Source: an uncultured Clostridia bacterium
GTDB lineage: Bacteria > Bacillota > Clostridia > TANB77 > CAG-508
Length of the DNA stretch: 64,000 bases
NCBI GenBank assembly: GCA_947584805.1
Contig: CANPWU010000003.1
Coordinates: 6,556-70,555, forward strand
Direction of reading: 5' to 3'
Both the position numbers and the translations under genes were made by a program. Shown piece by piece: positions 21,143 through 32,308 of the stretch (positions are counted from its first letter, which is position 1; every line of letters starts with the position of its first letter). The notes under the pieces were generated by a model. The model had not been told where the DNA came from. It saw only the letters and a program-made list of their open reading frames with translations, and ran no database searches.

Positions 21143-22785
21143 ATGAAATTAATTTGTGCTGATAAAGAATTTGAAATAAACCAAGGAGAAACTATAAGAG
21201 AAGCATTAAAAGAAGAAATAGAAAAAAGAGATAAAGAGATTATAACTTGCAGATTTAATAATGAAATAAAAAGCTTAAATTATGTACCAAAAGAAAGTGG
21301 AAAGGTAGAACTATTAGATTATACAAATACAGAAGGAAAAAGGGTATATGTAAGAGGAATAATGTATGTTATGGCAATGTCAATAAATGAAATTTTTCCA
21401 AATGCATTACTTACAATAAATTATCAATTGGACAATAGCATGTTTTGTACATTAGATAATATAGAAATTACTAAAGAAGTTTTAGAAAAAATTAAGACAA
21501 AGATGATTAAAATTATAGATGATGATTTACCAATAACTAAAGTAAAAATGACTTCAGAAGAGGCAAAAAAATTTTATGAAAAAGAGAAGGATTTACGAGG
21601 AATATTGCAAATAAGCCATGAGACAAAAGAAGTTGTTTCTTTATACTATTGTAATGATTATTATAATTATTTCTATGGAGTTATGCCAATTTCAACTGGT
21701 TTTATGAAAGTATTTGATATAGTAAAATATCAAAATGGATTTTTATTAAGATATCCAAGTAAAAAGAATCCTAAAAAATTACCAGAATTTAAAGATAATA
21801 AAAAACTAGCAACAACATTTCAAGAATATGAAGACATACACAAGGTATTAAAGTTAGATACAATATATAGATTAAATAAAAGTGTAGAAAAAGATGAAGG
21901 AAAAGAAACAATACTTTTAGCTGAGTCACTTCATGAAAAAAAGATCTCAGATATAGCAGATGTTATTAGTAAAGATAAAAAAATAAAAATGGTATTAATT
22001 GCAGGACCATCATCTTCTCGGAAAAACTACTTTTGCTAAAAGACTTGGAATGCAATTAAAATTAAATGGAATGAATCCAAAAACTTTATCAGTAGATAAT
22101 TATTTTGTAGAGAGAGAGCAGAATCCAAAAGACGAAAATCGGTGAATATGATTTTGAATGTATAGAAGCTGTAGATTTAAAACTATTCAATGAACATATA
22201 TTAAGACTTCTTTCAGGGGAAGAAGTAGAAATTCCAACTTTCGATTTTAAGTATGGACATAAAATGTTTAATGGTAACAGGATGAAGTTAGATGAAAATG
22301 ATATACTTGTTATAGAGGGAATTCATTGTTTAAATGATAAACTCACAGAAGCAATCCCAAGAGATAAAAAATTTAAAATCTACATAAGTGCTTTGACAGT
22401 TTTAAATATAGATTATTATAACAGAATATCTACAACAGATACTAGAATTATAAGAAGAATAGTAAGAGATTATAATTTTAGAAGCTATTCTGCAAAAGAA
22501 ACTTTGCAAAGATGGAATTCAATAACAAATGGAGAAAAAAAATATATTTTTCCGTTTCAAGAAGAAGCGGACATTATGTTTAATTCTTCGATTCTTTATG
22601 AACTTTCAGTTTTGAAAAATTATGCACTTCCATTACTTTCTGAAATTAGTAAAGAGTCTCCTGAATATGCTGAAGCAAAAAGACTTATAACTCTGTTAAA
22701 TTATTTTAAAGGAATTGAACCTAAATTCGTTCCAGAAAATTCAATACTTCGTGAATTTATTGGAGGAAGTATTTTTGAATATTAA
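21143..22785 (+). CDS. Uridine/nucleoside kinase-family protein with an N-terminal TGS-like extension. Two +1 shifts at CGG 22019 and 22140.
   Basis: ORFs 21122..22039 and 22264..22785. Skipping the C gives IAGPSSS-G-KTTFAKRLG (P-loop) and KDEN-G-EYDFECIEAVDL. The start is uncertain (21131 or 21143). Confidence 0.6.
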
Positions 22786-22814
22786 AATGCTAAACAAGAG
22801 GAGAGGATTGAAAA

Positions 22815-23129
22815 TTGGGAGCTAAATTTACAGAAATTGATGAAGGGTTTGTTTGTGAACATTGTGGAAAGAAAGTAGAGCCATTAGGATATTCATGTCG
22901 CAATCATTGCCCAGAATGTTTATATTCAAAACATGTAGATATAAATCCAGGAGATAGAGAAGAAACTTGCCATGGACTTTTAGAACCAATTGATATAGAA
23001 ATAAATTCTAAAAAAGGCTATGTAATAGTTTTTAAATGTAAAAAATGTGGAGCAATTAGGAAAAATAAAGTTGCAGAAGATGATAATATGGATATAGTAT
23101 ATGAAATAATTAAAAAAAGAGGCTATTAA
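22815..23129 (+). CDS. RNHCP-domain protein (small Cys-rich zinc-ribbon-like protein)
   Basis: Intact 104-aa ORF with the CEHCGK...CRNHCPECLYSKHVD motif. It has a TTG start after the RBS gaggagagg. Confidence 0.6.
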   Translation: MGAKFTEIDEGFVCEHCGKKVEPLGYSCRNHCPECLYSKHVDINPGDREETCHGLLEPIDIEINSKKGYVIVFKCKKCGAIRKNKVAEDDNMDIVYEIIKKRGY

Positions 23130-23155
23130 AGCCATAAAACGAGGAGGAAAATATA

Positions 23156-24768
23156 TTGAAGAATAATATTTTTAGATATATATTTATTGCAATAGCAATT
23201 CGGACTCATATTATGTGCGGTATATTACATTTATCATCCAAGTAATGAAGAAGATGAGAATTTAGTAAGCAAAGTATCAGAAGAACTTCCAGAAGAAAAA
23301 TTTAATTTAAGACTAGGAATATCGAATTTAGATAATTTGAATCCAATTGTTTCGAAGAATCAAAATATACAAGATATATCAAAATTAATATTTGAACCAT
23401 TATTTGATGTAGACGAAAATTTTAAGCTTAAAGCAATGCTTGGACGTGAATTTTCAAAAGCTGATAATAAAACTTATTTAGTAACTTTGAGAGATAATGT
23501 TAAATGGCATAATGGAAATAATTTTTCAGCACAGGATGTAAAATTTACTATAGATACAATAAAAAATTTAGGTGAAAATTCAATATATATGTCAAATGTA
23601 TCAAATATTGAAAATACAGAAATTATAGGAGCAAATTTGATAAAAATATATTTATTTGAAGAAGAACCATTTTTTGAATATAATCTGACTTTTCCTATAA
23701 TATCTTCTGCTTTTTTTGAAAGCGTAGAGGATATAACTCAAACTGAAAAAAATAATTTGCCTATGGGAACGCGGAAAATATAAGCTAGATTCTATAGATA
23801 TCAACACTCAAATGAATTTAGAACTTAATAATTATTGGTGGAATAAGGATGAAGAATTAAAAATAGAGGATATAACAGTTAGAATATACGGAACAATTGC
23901 AGAAATGTATAATGCTTATAAACTTCGGAGGATTAGACTTAATTACAAGTCAGAGTTTAAATATAGAAGATAGTATTGGAACAATTGGCTCAAATGTAGA
24001 AGAAGGTTTTGGCAGAAATTTTGATTACCTTTCATTAAATTGTACAGATAATATTTTATCTAATAAAGAAGTAAGACAAGCAATAAATTATGCAATAAAT
24101 AGAGAAGAAATTATAAATACAGTATATGCAGGTAAATATAAAACTGCAGATTTTCCTCTTAGCTATGGAAGTTATTTGTACAAAGAAAACAAAGAAATAT
24201 TAACATTTAACCAAGATAAAGCAAAACAAATTTTGCAAGATAATGGATGGAATTATACAGGTGGTTCTTGGCAGAAAAAAATAGGTTATAGTACAGTAAG
24301 AATAAAACTAAATTTAGTAGTTCAAGCATCAAATGAGAGCAGAATAAATGTTGCAAATGTAATAAAAAAGAATTTAGAAGATATCGGAATACAAGTAAAT
24401 ATAACTTCAGCAAAAGATAATACATTCCAAAATTATTTAAAAAACAAGAATTATGATATGATACTAACTGGAGTTACAGTTCGGAATTTCACCAGATTTA
24501 AGTAGATATTTTGGAGAAGGCAACTTGGCAAATTATACAAATAATGAAGCTTCAGAAATTCTTAGAGAATTATATAGCATAACTGATGAGAAAATTCTAA
24601 AAGAAAAATATGAAAGACTTCAAAATCTATACGAAGATGAAAGACCATATATAGGCTTATATTTTAATAGAAGATCATCAGTATACGGAAAAGATATTTC
24701 TTTGAATATTCGGAAATAATTGGTTTAATGTATTTTATAATATAGAGGATTGGCATAAAAGAAGTTAG
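23156..24768 (+). CDS. ABC transporter substrate-binding protein, family 5 (peptide/nickel, OppA-like). Needs five +1 shifts at CGG 23201, 23772, 23926, 24482 and 24711.
   Basis: ORFs 23337..23783, 23897..24505 and 24525..24719 plus an N-terminal signal/TM piece that starts at TTG 23156. Skipping the C's joins them: AIAI-G-LILCAVY, PMGT-G-KYKLDS, AYKL-G-GLDLITSQ, GVTV-G-ISPDLSRYFGEG, LNI-G-NNWFNV...*. The family motif VKWHNGNNFSAQDVKFT is present. Confidence 0.7.
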
Positions 24769-24832
24769 CGTATAATATTTAAAATATTATAAATTAATTG
24801 GTATAAAAAATTAAATTTTTTTAAAAAAATAC

Positions 24833-24880
24833 TTGACAGAGTAAAAATATTAGGAATATAATAATAGCAAACATACGTTT
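24833..24880 (+). promoter_or_regulatory. recA promoter with a LexA-box-like palindrome
   Basis: -35 ttgaca (24833-24838) and -10 tataat (24857-24862). The palindrome aaacatacgttt (24869-24880) resembles the Firmicute GAAC-N4-GTTC SOS box with degenerate outer bases. Confidence 0.5.
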
Positions 24881-24912
24881 ATTAATTTCAAAAAATAAGA
24901 GGAGGAATAAAT

Positions 24913-25978
24913 ATGGCAAAAGAGAATAATGAAAAAAAACAAGCATTGGAAATGGCAATGGGACAAATAGAAAAACAATTTGGAAAAGGTTCTGTAATGA
25001 AGCTTGGAGAATATAAAGCAATGAATGTAGAAGCTATTTCAACAGGAGCATTAAGTCTTGATATAGCTTTAGGAATTGGAGGAGTACCTAGAGGAAGAAT
25101 TATAGAGATATATGGGCCAGAAAGCTCTGGAAAAACAACTCTTGCATTACATATAATTGCTGAGGCACAAAAAGAAGGAGGAGAAGTTGCATTTATAGAT
25201 GCAGAACATGCATTAGACCCAGTATATGCAAAGAAATTAGGAGTAGATATAAATGAACTTATAGTGTCACAACCAGATACAGGTGAGCAAGCACTAGAAA
25301 TTGCTGAATCATTAATTAGAAGTGGAGCACTTGATGTTATAGTTGTAGACTCAGTTGCAGCATTAGTTCCAAAAGCAGAAATAGATGGAGAGATGGGAGA
25401 TTCCCATATTGGACTTCAAGCAAGACTTATGTCACAAGCTTTAAGAAAACTTGCAGGAGCTGTTAATAAGTCAAAAACTGTAATAATATTTATAAACCAA
25501 TTAAGAGAAAAAGTTGGAGTTATGTTTGGAAATCCAGAAACAACAACAGGAGGAAGAGCACTTAAATTCTATGCTTCTGTAAGAATGGATATAAGAAAAG
25601 TAGAAAATATTAAGCAAGATGGAGAAGTAATTCGGAAATAGAGCCAGAGTAAAAATTGTTAAAAATAAAGTGGCTCCACCATTTAGAGAAGCAGAGTTTG
25701 ATATACTATATGGAAAAGGAATTTCAAAAGAAGGAAATATTTTAGATATAGCAGTTGGATTAGACATTATAGAAAAAAGTGGATCTTGGTTTAGTTATAA
25801 AGGAGAAAGAGTTGGACAAGGTAGAGAAAATGTTAAGAAGTATTTAACAGATAACCCTGAAGTAATGGCTGAAATTGAAGCTAAAATCAGAGAAAATATG
25901 AAACAAGCCTTTGAAAATTCTTTAAGTGAAGATATGCCAAATGAAGAAGATAATGATAACTTTAGTGATGTAGACTAA
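24913..25978 (+). CDS. recA: Recombinase A. One +1 shift at CGG 25633-25635.
   Basis: ORFs 24913..25641 and 25670..25978. GPESSGKTT is present. att-(c)gga gives [31 protein letters not shown], collinear with RecA families. Confidence 0.92.
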
Positions 25979-26005
25979 AATAGGTTTATAGGAGGCATAA
26001 ATATA

Positions 26006-26450
26006 ATGTACACACCAGAAGAATTTGATGAAGGAAAGACAAAAGTTTTAAAATATATCTTATATAAGAAAAGAACAGAAAGTGAAATAAGAAAAAAATT
26101 TATTCATACTATGGATGAAAATATGTTAACTGATATAGTAGAATACTTAAAAGAAGCACGGTTATATAAATGATAAAGAATATTTGAAAAAAATTTTTAA
26201 TGAATATATGTCTTTAAAAAATATGTCGATAAGAGAACTAAAAAATAAAGTATATCAAAAGGGCATATATGTTGATGATATAGAAGATTATATAAGTGAA
26301 AATTATGAAAAGCTTTCAGAATATGAAAGTAATTCAGCTAGAAATCTTGCTGAAAAGAAAAAAAGTATGGAACCAGAAAAATTAAAGGCTTATCTTATGA
26401 ATAAAGGCTTTGATATGGATTTAGTAAATAAAATTATGAATGAAGAGTAA
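26006..26450 (+). CDS. recX: RecX-like regulatory protein. One +1 shift at CGG 26159-26161.
   Basis: ATG 26006 follows the RBS aggagg. gca-(c)ggt gives YLKEA-G-YINDKEYLKKIFNEYM, which joins ORF 26184..26450. The position directly after recA supports the call. Confidence 0.6.
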
Positions 26451-26489
26451 TAATTGTACTATTAATAAATACACTTGGAGGAGAAACAA

Positions 26490-27257
26490 ATGCCAAACGT
26501 ATTAGCACTAGAAACTAAGGAAATTCAAATAAAAATAGAAAATTTTGAAGGACCACTTGATTTGTTATGCCATTTAATCGATAAAAATAAAATGGATATA
26601 TATGAAATTAACTTAAGTCAAATAACAGATCAATATATAGAATATATAAATAAAATGCAAGAGCAGAAGCTTGGAATAAGTAGTGAATTCATTATTATGG
26701 CATCTCAACTTCTTCTGATAAAATCTAAAGGATTACTTCCAAATTCTGATTCGGGAGATGAAGAAGAGCTTACAGAGGAAGAGTTAATTAGAAGAATTGT
26801 AGAATACAAAAAATATAAAGAAATTACAGCTATATTAAAAGAAATGTATAATAAATTTTCAGATACTATATTTAAAGAGGAACCTGAAAAAATTAAGCTT
26901 CCTAAACAAAATTTGGAAAAAAACTATGAAAGTACATTAATACCTGAAATTTATGAAAATATTCTAGAAAGATATAATGTAAGAAAAAATGTTAATGCTG
27001 CAAACATTGAAAAAATTGCAATTCATGATACATATACAGTAAGTAGTAAAGTAAGAGAAATATTTAGAGAACTTATAAAAAAGCCAAAATTTGTATTTAA
27101 TAAAATGTATACTTTGTCTAGATGCAATAAAGCAGAAGTTGTAACAGCATTTACTGGACTTCTTGAATTATCAAGAAGAAGTAAAGTGGAGACAAATCAA
27201 AATGAGCTGTTTGGAGATATAACAGTATCAAAAAAGAAAAAAGTAAATGTAGGTTAG
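26490..27257 (+). CDS. scpA: Segregation and condensation protein A
   Basis: Intact ORF with FEGPLDLLCHLIDKNKMDIYEINLSQITDQY, typical of ScpA. ATG 26490 follows ggaggag. Confidence 0.8.
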   Translation: MPNVLALETKEIQIKIENFEGPLDLLCHLIDKNKMDIYEINLSQITDQYIEYINKMQEQKLGISSEFIIMASQLLLIKSKGLLPNSDSGDEEELTEEELIRRIVEYKKYKEITAILKEMYNKFSDTIFKEEPEKIKLPKQNLEKNYESTLIPEIYENILERYNVRKNVNAANIEKIAIHDTYTVSSKVREIFRELIKKPKFVFNKMYTLSRCNKAEVVTAFTGLLELSRRSKVETNQNELFGDITVSKKKKVNVG

Positions 27258-27316
27258 TATAATTTTACAGAAAATGGTAAAACTAGAAATATAACGAAAA
27301 GGAGTATAAATTTGTT

Positions 27317-27946
27317 ATGAAACTAGTTTTACTATTTTTTTGTTGCTTTTTAATATTAATTTTTCTTCTCCTTTTGCTTATAGTATTTTCTAGCATAAAA
27401 TTAAATATAAAAAAATTTGATATTTTATATGTTAAAAATGAAAATAAAGCAGAAAAAACGAATAAAGAAATTTTAGCATATTTAGAACTTTATTTATTAG
27501 GAATTATAAAAATTGCGAAAGTAAAGATTACAAAAGAAAGATTGAAAAAATTAAAAATTAAAGGTGATTTTAAACAAATCAAAAAAGATATAAAATTTGT
27601 AAGAGTAAACCATATAGTAAAGCTTTTAAAGAAAGTTAAGGGAAAGGTAGAAAAAGCAAATATAAATATAAAAATTGGGACAGATAGTATTATGCTTACA
27701 GCGTACTTAGTTGCAGCTGTAGCTTCAGCAATAGGAATAGCATTTGGAGCTACAAATGCTAAAAATAGTACTTTTTCAGTAATGCCTTTGTATAATTCTG
27801 GAAATTATATAAAAATTAACCTAAATTGTATAATTAGTGTAAAAATAGTACATATTATTTATGCAATATATATTTTGTTAAAAAGAAGGAGGAAAAATAA
27901 TGGGCGAACATCCAATAGAAGGTCTTATGATTACAGCTATGAATAG
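27317..27946 (+). CDS. Sporulation-associated membrane protein (YtfI/DUF2953-like)
   Basis: Intact 209-aa ORF with an N-terminal TM helix. It sits immediately upstream of, and overlaps, the ytfJ-like gene. Confidence 0.45.
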   Translation: MKLVLLFFCCFLILIFLLLLLIVFSSIKLNIKKFDILYVKNENKAEKTNKEILAYLELYLLGIIKIAKVKITKERLKKLKIKGDFKQIKKDIKFVRVNHIVKLLKKVKGKVEKANINIKIGTDSIMLTAYLVAAVASAIGIAFGATNAKNSTFSVMPLYNSGNYIKINLNCIISVKIVHIIYAIYILLKRRRKNNGRTSNRRSYDYSYE

Positions 27947-28580
27947 TATTCAAGACATGATAGATGTTAATACAATTGTAGGAGAGCCAATAGAAACAAG
28001 CAATAATGTTGTTATTATTCCTATTTCAAAAGTATCTTTTGGCTTTGCAGCAGGTGGTAGTGAATTTAAAGGGGAGACAGTAGATGAGTATTCCAGAAAA
28101 GAAAAGGAAGAACAGGTACAATATAGATTGCCGTTTGGTGGTGGAAGTGGAGCAGGAGTAAATATAAATCCGATTGCTTTTTTAGTTGTGCAAGATAAAA
28201 ATGTAAAATTGCTTCCAGTAAATCATTGCTCACCAGTAGATAAACTTTTAGATTATGTACCTGATGCAATAGATAAATTAAATAATTTAATAGATAAGAA
28301 AATGCAAGAAAAATGTGATGAAAAGACTAAAAAGCAAAATCAAAAAGAAGATATAAATTATAGAGTAACTGAAACAAATAAGACACATAGATATGAAGAA
28401 CCTAAAGAAATGAAACAAGAAAGGGTAACACACACAACACCTAATAGACCAAAACCAAGAAAGGGTAGACCAAAAGCTCAAGAAACATATGAATATGAAT
28501 ATAATGAAATTCCTGATACAGATGATGTAATAATTGATGTAGATGAAGTTCCAGATGATTATGATGAGCAAGACGAATAA
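27900..28580 (+). CDS. ytfJ: GerW/YtfJ-family sporulation protein with a long charged C-terminal extension
   Basis: HPIEGLMITAMNSIQDMIDVNTIVGEPIET...IPISKVSFGFAAGGSEF matches the YtfJ family. Confidence 0.7.
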   Translation: MGEHPIEGLMITAMNSIQDMIDVNTIVGEPIETSNNVVIIPISKVSFGFAAGGSEFKGETVDEYSRKEKEEQVQYRLPFGGGSGAGVNINPIAFLVVQDKNVKLLPVNHCSPVDKLLDYVPDAIDKLNNLIDKKMQEKCDEKTKKQNQKEDINYRVTETNKTHRYEEPKEMKQERVTHTTPNRPKPRKGRPKAQETYEYEYNEIPDTDDVIIDVDEVPDDYDEQDE

Positions 28581-28635
28581 ATGTAGATTTATAAGAATAT
28601 AATATACAAATTAAGGACAAACATTGGAGGAATAA

Positions 28636-29737
28636 ATGGTTGTAGATGTTGGATATATAAAGAAAGTTACAAAAAGATTATTAACTTTATTTCTTACCTT
28701 AATTGGTATTTACTTAGCTTTCAAAATGGCAGTGTTTTACATGCCATTTTTGATTGCGTTCATAATAGCATTAATGGTAGAGCCACTTATAAAAATGCTA
28801 TCTAAAAAAACTAAACTAGAAAGAAAACCATGTGCGATAATTGTTCTAGTAATAGTTTTTGCAATAATTGTAGGACTTCTAATTTGGGGAATTGGAGCAA
28901 TAATTGATGAAGGTATGTCTTTATTAAAAATGCTAAATAATTATGTTGGAGACGGCTACCGGCTATATAATGAACTTAATAGATAATTTAAGATTCAATG
29001 AATTTCAAATTTCTGATGAAGTAAAGAATATTCTAAAAAATTCTATAACAAGTTTTTTAGACCAAGCATCAATATGGGTTACGAATTTTCTAACATCTTT
29101 TATATCAAAAGTATCTTCTATTGCAACAATAGGAATATACACTGTTATAACAATACTTGCGACTTATTTTATATGTGCAGATAGAATATATATTTTAGAT
29201 CAAATAGAGCACCATTTTCCAAAGGATTGGGTAAAAAAAATTGGCAAAAACATAAGAAAAATTACAAAACTCTTGGGAGGTTATTTAAAAGCCCAAGTAA
29301 TACTTATATTAATTAATTTTGTACTTGTGTTAATACGGATTAATTTTATTTAAAATGTTTGGACAAAATGTAAAATATCCATTACTCATGGCACTTCTTA
29401 TTGCTTTTGCAGATGCACTTCCAATAATTGGCTCCGGCACAATTCTAATACCATGGGCTGTAGTTGGTTCAATACAAGGAGATATAAATCTTGCAATTTG
29501 TTTAATTGTGTTATATATAATTATAACTATTGCAAGACAATTGCTAGAACCCAAAGTAGTTGGAAGTCAAATTGGAATACACCCAATATTTACTTTAATT
29601 GCAATGTATACAGGATATAAATTCATTCGGAATTCTTGGTATGTTTGTGCGGACCAATTATTATAATTATTTTAAAACCAATATTTGAGACATTGATAGA
29701 TAAAGGAATTGTTAAGACTTTATTTGATAAGAGATAA
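28636..29737 (+). CDS. ytvI: Sporulation integral membrane protein YtvI (AI-2E transporter family). Needs four +1 shifts at CGG 28960, 29336, 29628 and 29650.
   Basis: ORFs 28636..28986, 28943..29353 and 29355..29666 plus a tail. The joins are GDGY-G-YIMNLIDNL, LVLI-G-LILFKMFGQNV, YKFI-G-ILGMFV-G-PIIIIILKPIFETLIDKGIVKTLFDKR*. The motif FADALPIIGSGTILIPWA is present. Confidence 0.75.
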
Positions 29738-29788
29738 AATATAGCTAATATATTATTCAAACGGCTAGAAACAGCTTTTAAATAATAC

Positions 29789-29820
29789 GAAAAATGAGGG
29801 GGAGTAGCCCCTCATTTTTC
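29789..29820. terminator. Bidirectional intrinsic terminator
   Basis: aaaaatgagggg-gagtag-cccctcattttt sits between the convergent ytvI gene and the small minus-strand ORF. Confidence 0.7.
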
Positions 29821-29826
29821 GTAATC

Positions 29827-30045
29827 TTATAACATATGAAAGTAAAATGCAACTGCTATTATTAAAAACAAGAGAAGTAGAAGGCATGTAGCAAATAGAC
29901 AGATCCATATCAAAAGTCTTTTCCTTTCAGAAGGAACTTCGCTAGCATTTCTTTCATGGATAAGTGATATACATATCCATGAAAACAATCCGAATAAGAA
30001 TACAAATAATACTTCCTCCACAAGCAATAAGATTTTTGTTTCCAT
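29827..30045 (-). CDS. Small two-TM membrane protein (72 aa), cassette copy A
   Basis: The ORF has an RBS aaaggagaatg upstream. Two hydrophobic segments flank a charged loop (HERNASEVPSERKR). Confidence 0.5.
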   Translation of the reverse strand: METKILLLVEEVLFVFLFGLFSWICISLIHERNASEVPSERKRLLIWICLFATCLLLLLFLIIAVAFYFHML

Positions 30046-30198
30046 TTTTCATTCTCCTTTATTGATGTAAAAAATATCTATGTTAAAACCAAAAAGCAAG
30101 AATAAGTTATCTTACTAATTAGCGTAAGAAAAATAAAGCAAATGCAAATTAGCATTTTAATAATATTATTATAGTAAGATAAACATAATTTGTCAAAC
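30046..30198 (-). repeat. Conserved promoter + ~110-nt leader, copy A (about 85% identical by eye to 31371-31521)
   Basis: On the minus strand: ttgaca, a 17-nt spacer, tataat, then a leader with hairpins aaugc/gcauu and cuuac/guaag that ends in the RBS aaaggaga. Confidence 0.6.
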
Positions 30199-30269
30199 AA
30201 AAAATATTCGTTGAAAAAATGCTAAATTTATGATATTATATAATAAATTAATTTTGGAGGTAAAGTATA

Positions 30270-31116
30270 GTGCTTGATATATTACTAGATACAATAATTG
30301 ATAGTTTGAAATTATTGCCATTTTTATTTATTGCTTATCTAATTATGGAATATATTGAACATAAAATTAGTGATAAGTCAAAAGAGAAAATAAAAAAATC
30401 AGGTAAATTTGGACCAGCCATTGGTAGTTTTTTTGGAATATTTCCACAATGTGGCTTTTCTGCTGTTGCAACAAATTTTTATGCTGCTAGAATTATAACA
30501 CTTGGAACTTTAATTTCAGTATACTTATCTACATCAGATGAAATGCTTCCAATACTTATTCGGAAGGGCAGTTCCAATAAGCACAATACTTGCAATACTT
30601 GCTATAAAATTTGCTTTTGGAATGGTTTATGGATTTTTGATAGATTTAGTTTTAAGAATAAAAAATAAAGGAAAAAATGAAGAAGAAAAAATAGTAGACT
30701 TATGTGAAGAAGAACATTGCCATTGTGAAAACAGCATAATTAAGTCTTCTTTAAAACATACAATCAACATATTTTTATACATATTTATATTAACACTGGT
30801 CTTAAATATAGTTTTTGCAGTAATAGGAGAAGATACACTAAAAAATTTAATTTCAGGAAGAACAATATTCGAGCCAATAGTAGTTTCATTAATTGGTTTA
30901 ATTCCAAACTGCGCATCATCTGTTATAATAACAGAGCTATATTTATCAGAAATAATCAGTTTTAGCTCTCTTATTGCAGGACTTTTAGTAAATGCAGGAG
31001 CAGGACTTTTGATATTATTTAGAATTAATAAGAATATAAAAGAAAATATAAGAATTGTCTTGATTTTGTTCGTGCTTGGAGCACTAACGGGAATTGTTAT
31101 GAATTTTATTTTATAA
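30270..31116 (+). CDS. Polytopic membrane protein, putative metal exporter family (ArsP_2-like). One +1 shift at CGG 30561-30563.
   Basis: ORFs 30270..30668 and 30538..31116. att-(c)gga gives STSDEMLPILI-G-RAVPISTILAILAIKF. It has repeated halves with FPQCGFS and IPNCASS motifs. Confidence 0.5.
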
Positions 31117-31136
31117 ATTTATTTGTAAATATAGAG

Positions 31137-31176
31137 AAAAGGTGAAATCGCAATAAACTTGCCATTTCACCTTTTT
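31137..31176. terminator. Bidirectional intrinsic terminator
   Basis: The stem aaaaggtgaaat / atttcacctttt has flanking T/A runs. Confidence 0.65.
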
Positions 31177-31196
31177 AAGCGCTATTATTTAGTTAA

Positions 31197-31370
31197 TCAA
31201 AAAAGATACATTTTCATTGAAACAATACATACTATTAAAAGTATGATAAAAATTCTGCTTGTATTTTTTTTCTTTTCTTTTTGGTCTTTTGAAAATACGA
31301 TTTTCCACACACAATAGTGAACTTCAATATAAACAAGTATTATAAATATTATAAATAACACGCTTCTCAT
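31197..31370 (-). CDS. Small two-TM membrane protein (57 aa, below the ORF-track cutoff), cassette copy B
   Basis: Hand translation gives MRSVLFIIFIILVYIEVHYCVWKIVFSKDQKEKKKNTSRIFIILLIVCIVSMKMYLF*. It has the same RBS and leader as copy A. Confidence 0.45.
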   Translation of the reverse strand: MRSVLFIIFIILVYIEVHYCVWKIVFSKDQKEKKKNTSRIFIILLIVCIVSMKMYLF

Positions 31371-31521
31371 TTTTTATTCTCCTTTATTGATGTAAAGATA
31401 TTTATGTAAAAACCAAAAGTAAGAATAATATTTCTTACTAATTAGTATAAGAAAAATAAAACAAATGCAAACTAGCATTTTACCGATATTATATTATCAC
31501 AATTAACATAATTTGTCAAAC
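31371..31521 (-). repeat. Conserved promoter + leader, copy B
   Basis: It aligns with 30046-30198 over its whole length with a few substitutions and indels. Confidence 0.6.
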
Positions 31522-31682
31522 CAACAAAGTTTAATACAATTGAAATAATATGTAAAGTACCGTAAAAAATTATAAACTGAATAATGAAAGAAAAAATATT
31601 AAAAAAATAACAAAAAATACTTGCAAAAAATTATATTTATGATACAATAAAAGAAAATTTGTTTGCTAAGGAGAAGAAAAGA

Positions 31683-32285
31683 ATGATCGCATATGTTAAA
31701 GGAAGCCTTGAGATGAAGCTAAATAATGCTGTTGTAATCGAGGCAAATGGAGTAGGATACAAAATATTTATGGCACAAAATGCTATAGATAAAATTGGAA
31801 ATATAGGAGATATTGTAAAAGTACATACTCATTATCATGTAAGAGAAGATGAAATAAGTTTATATGGATTTTTAACAAGTGAAGAATTAAATATGTTTGA
31901 ATTACTTATTTCAGTTAGTGGAATTGGTGCAAAATCAGCACTTACAATACTTGCTAATATTGAGCCACATAGTTTTGCAATTGCAGTAATTACAAATGAT
32001 GAGGCAAGGCTTACGAAAATACCTGGAATTGGTAAAAAAACAGTTGCAAGGATGATAGTTGAGCTTCAAGATAAAATGAAAAAATTAGATTTAGAAGATG
32101 TAACAAGTAAAGAAGATGGAAAAGTTCTTAAAGTTAGCCAAAATATATCTGAAGCTATGTCAGCTCTTCAAGTTTTAGGATATAACAGAAAGGAAATTGA
32201 AAGAGCTTTTGAAAATCAAAAATTTGGTGACTTAAGTGTAGAAGATATTATTAGAAAAGGACTTAATTTATTAAGCAGAGATTAA
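31683..32285 (+). CDS. ruvA: Holliday junction DNA helicase subunit RuvA
   Basis: MIAYVKGSL...VIEANGVGYKI...LISVSGIGAKSAL...IPGIGKKTVARMIVEL. ATG 31683 follows aaggagaag. Confidence 0.85.
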   Translation: MIAYVKGSLEMKLNNAVVIEANGVGYKIFMAQNAIDKIGNIGDIVKVHTHYHVREDEISLYGFLTSEELNMFELLISVSGIGAKSALTILANIEPHSFAIAVITNDEARLTKIPGIGKKTVARMIVELQDKMKKLDLEDVTSKEDGKVLKVSQNISEAMSALQVLGYNRKEIERAFENQKFGDLSVEDIIRKGLNLLSRD

Positions 32286-32308
32286 TATATTTTTGAAAGG
32301 ACAAAAAT

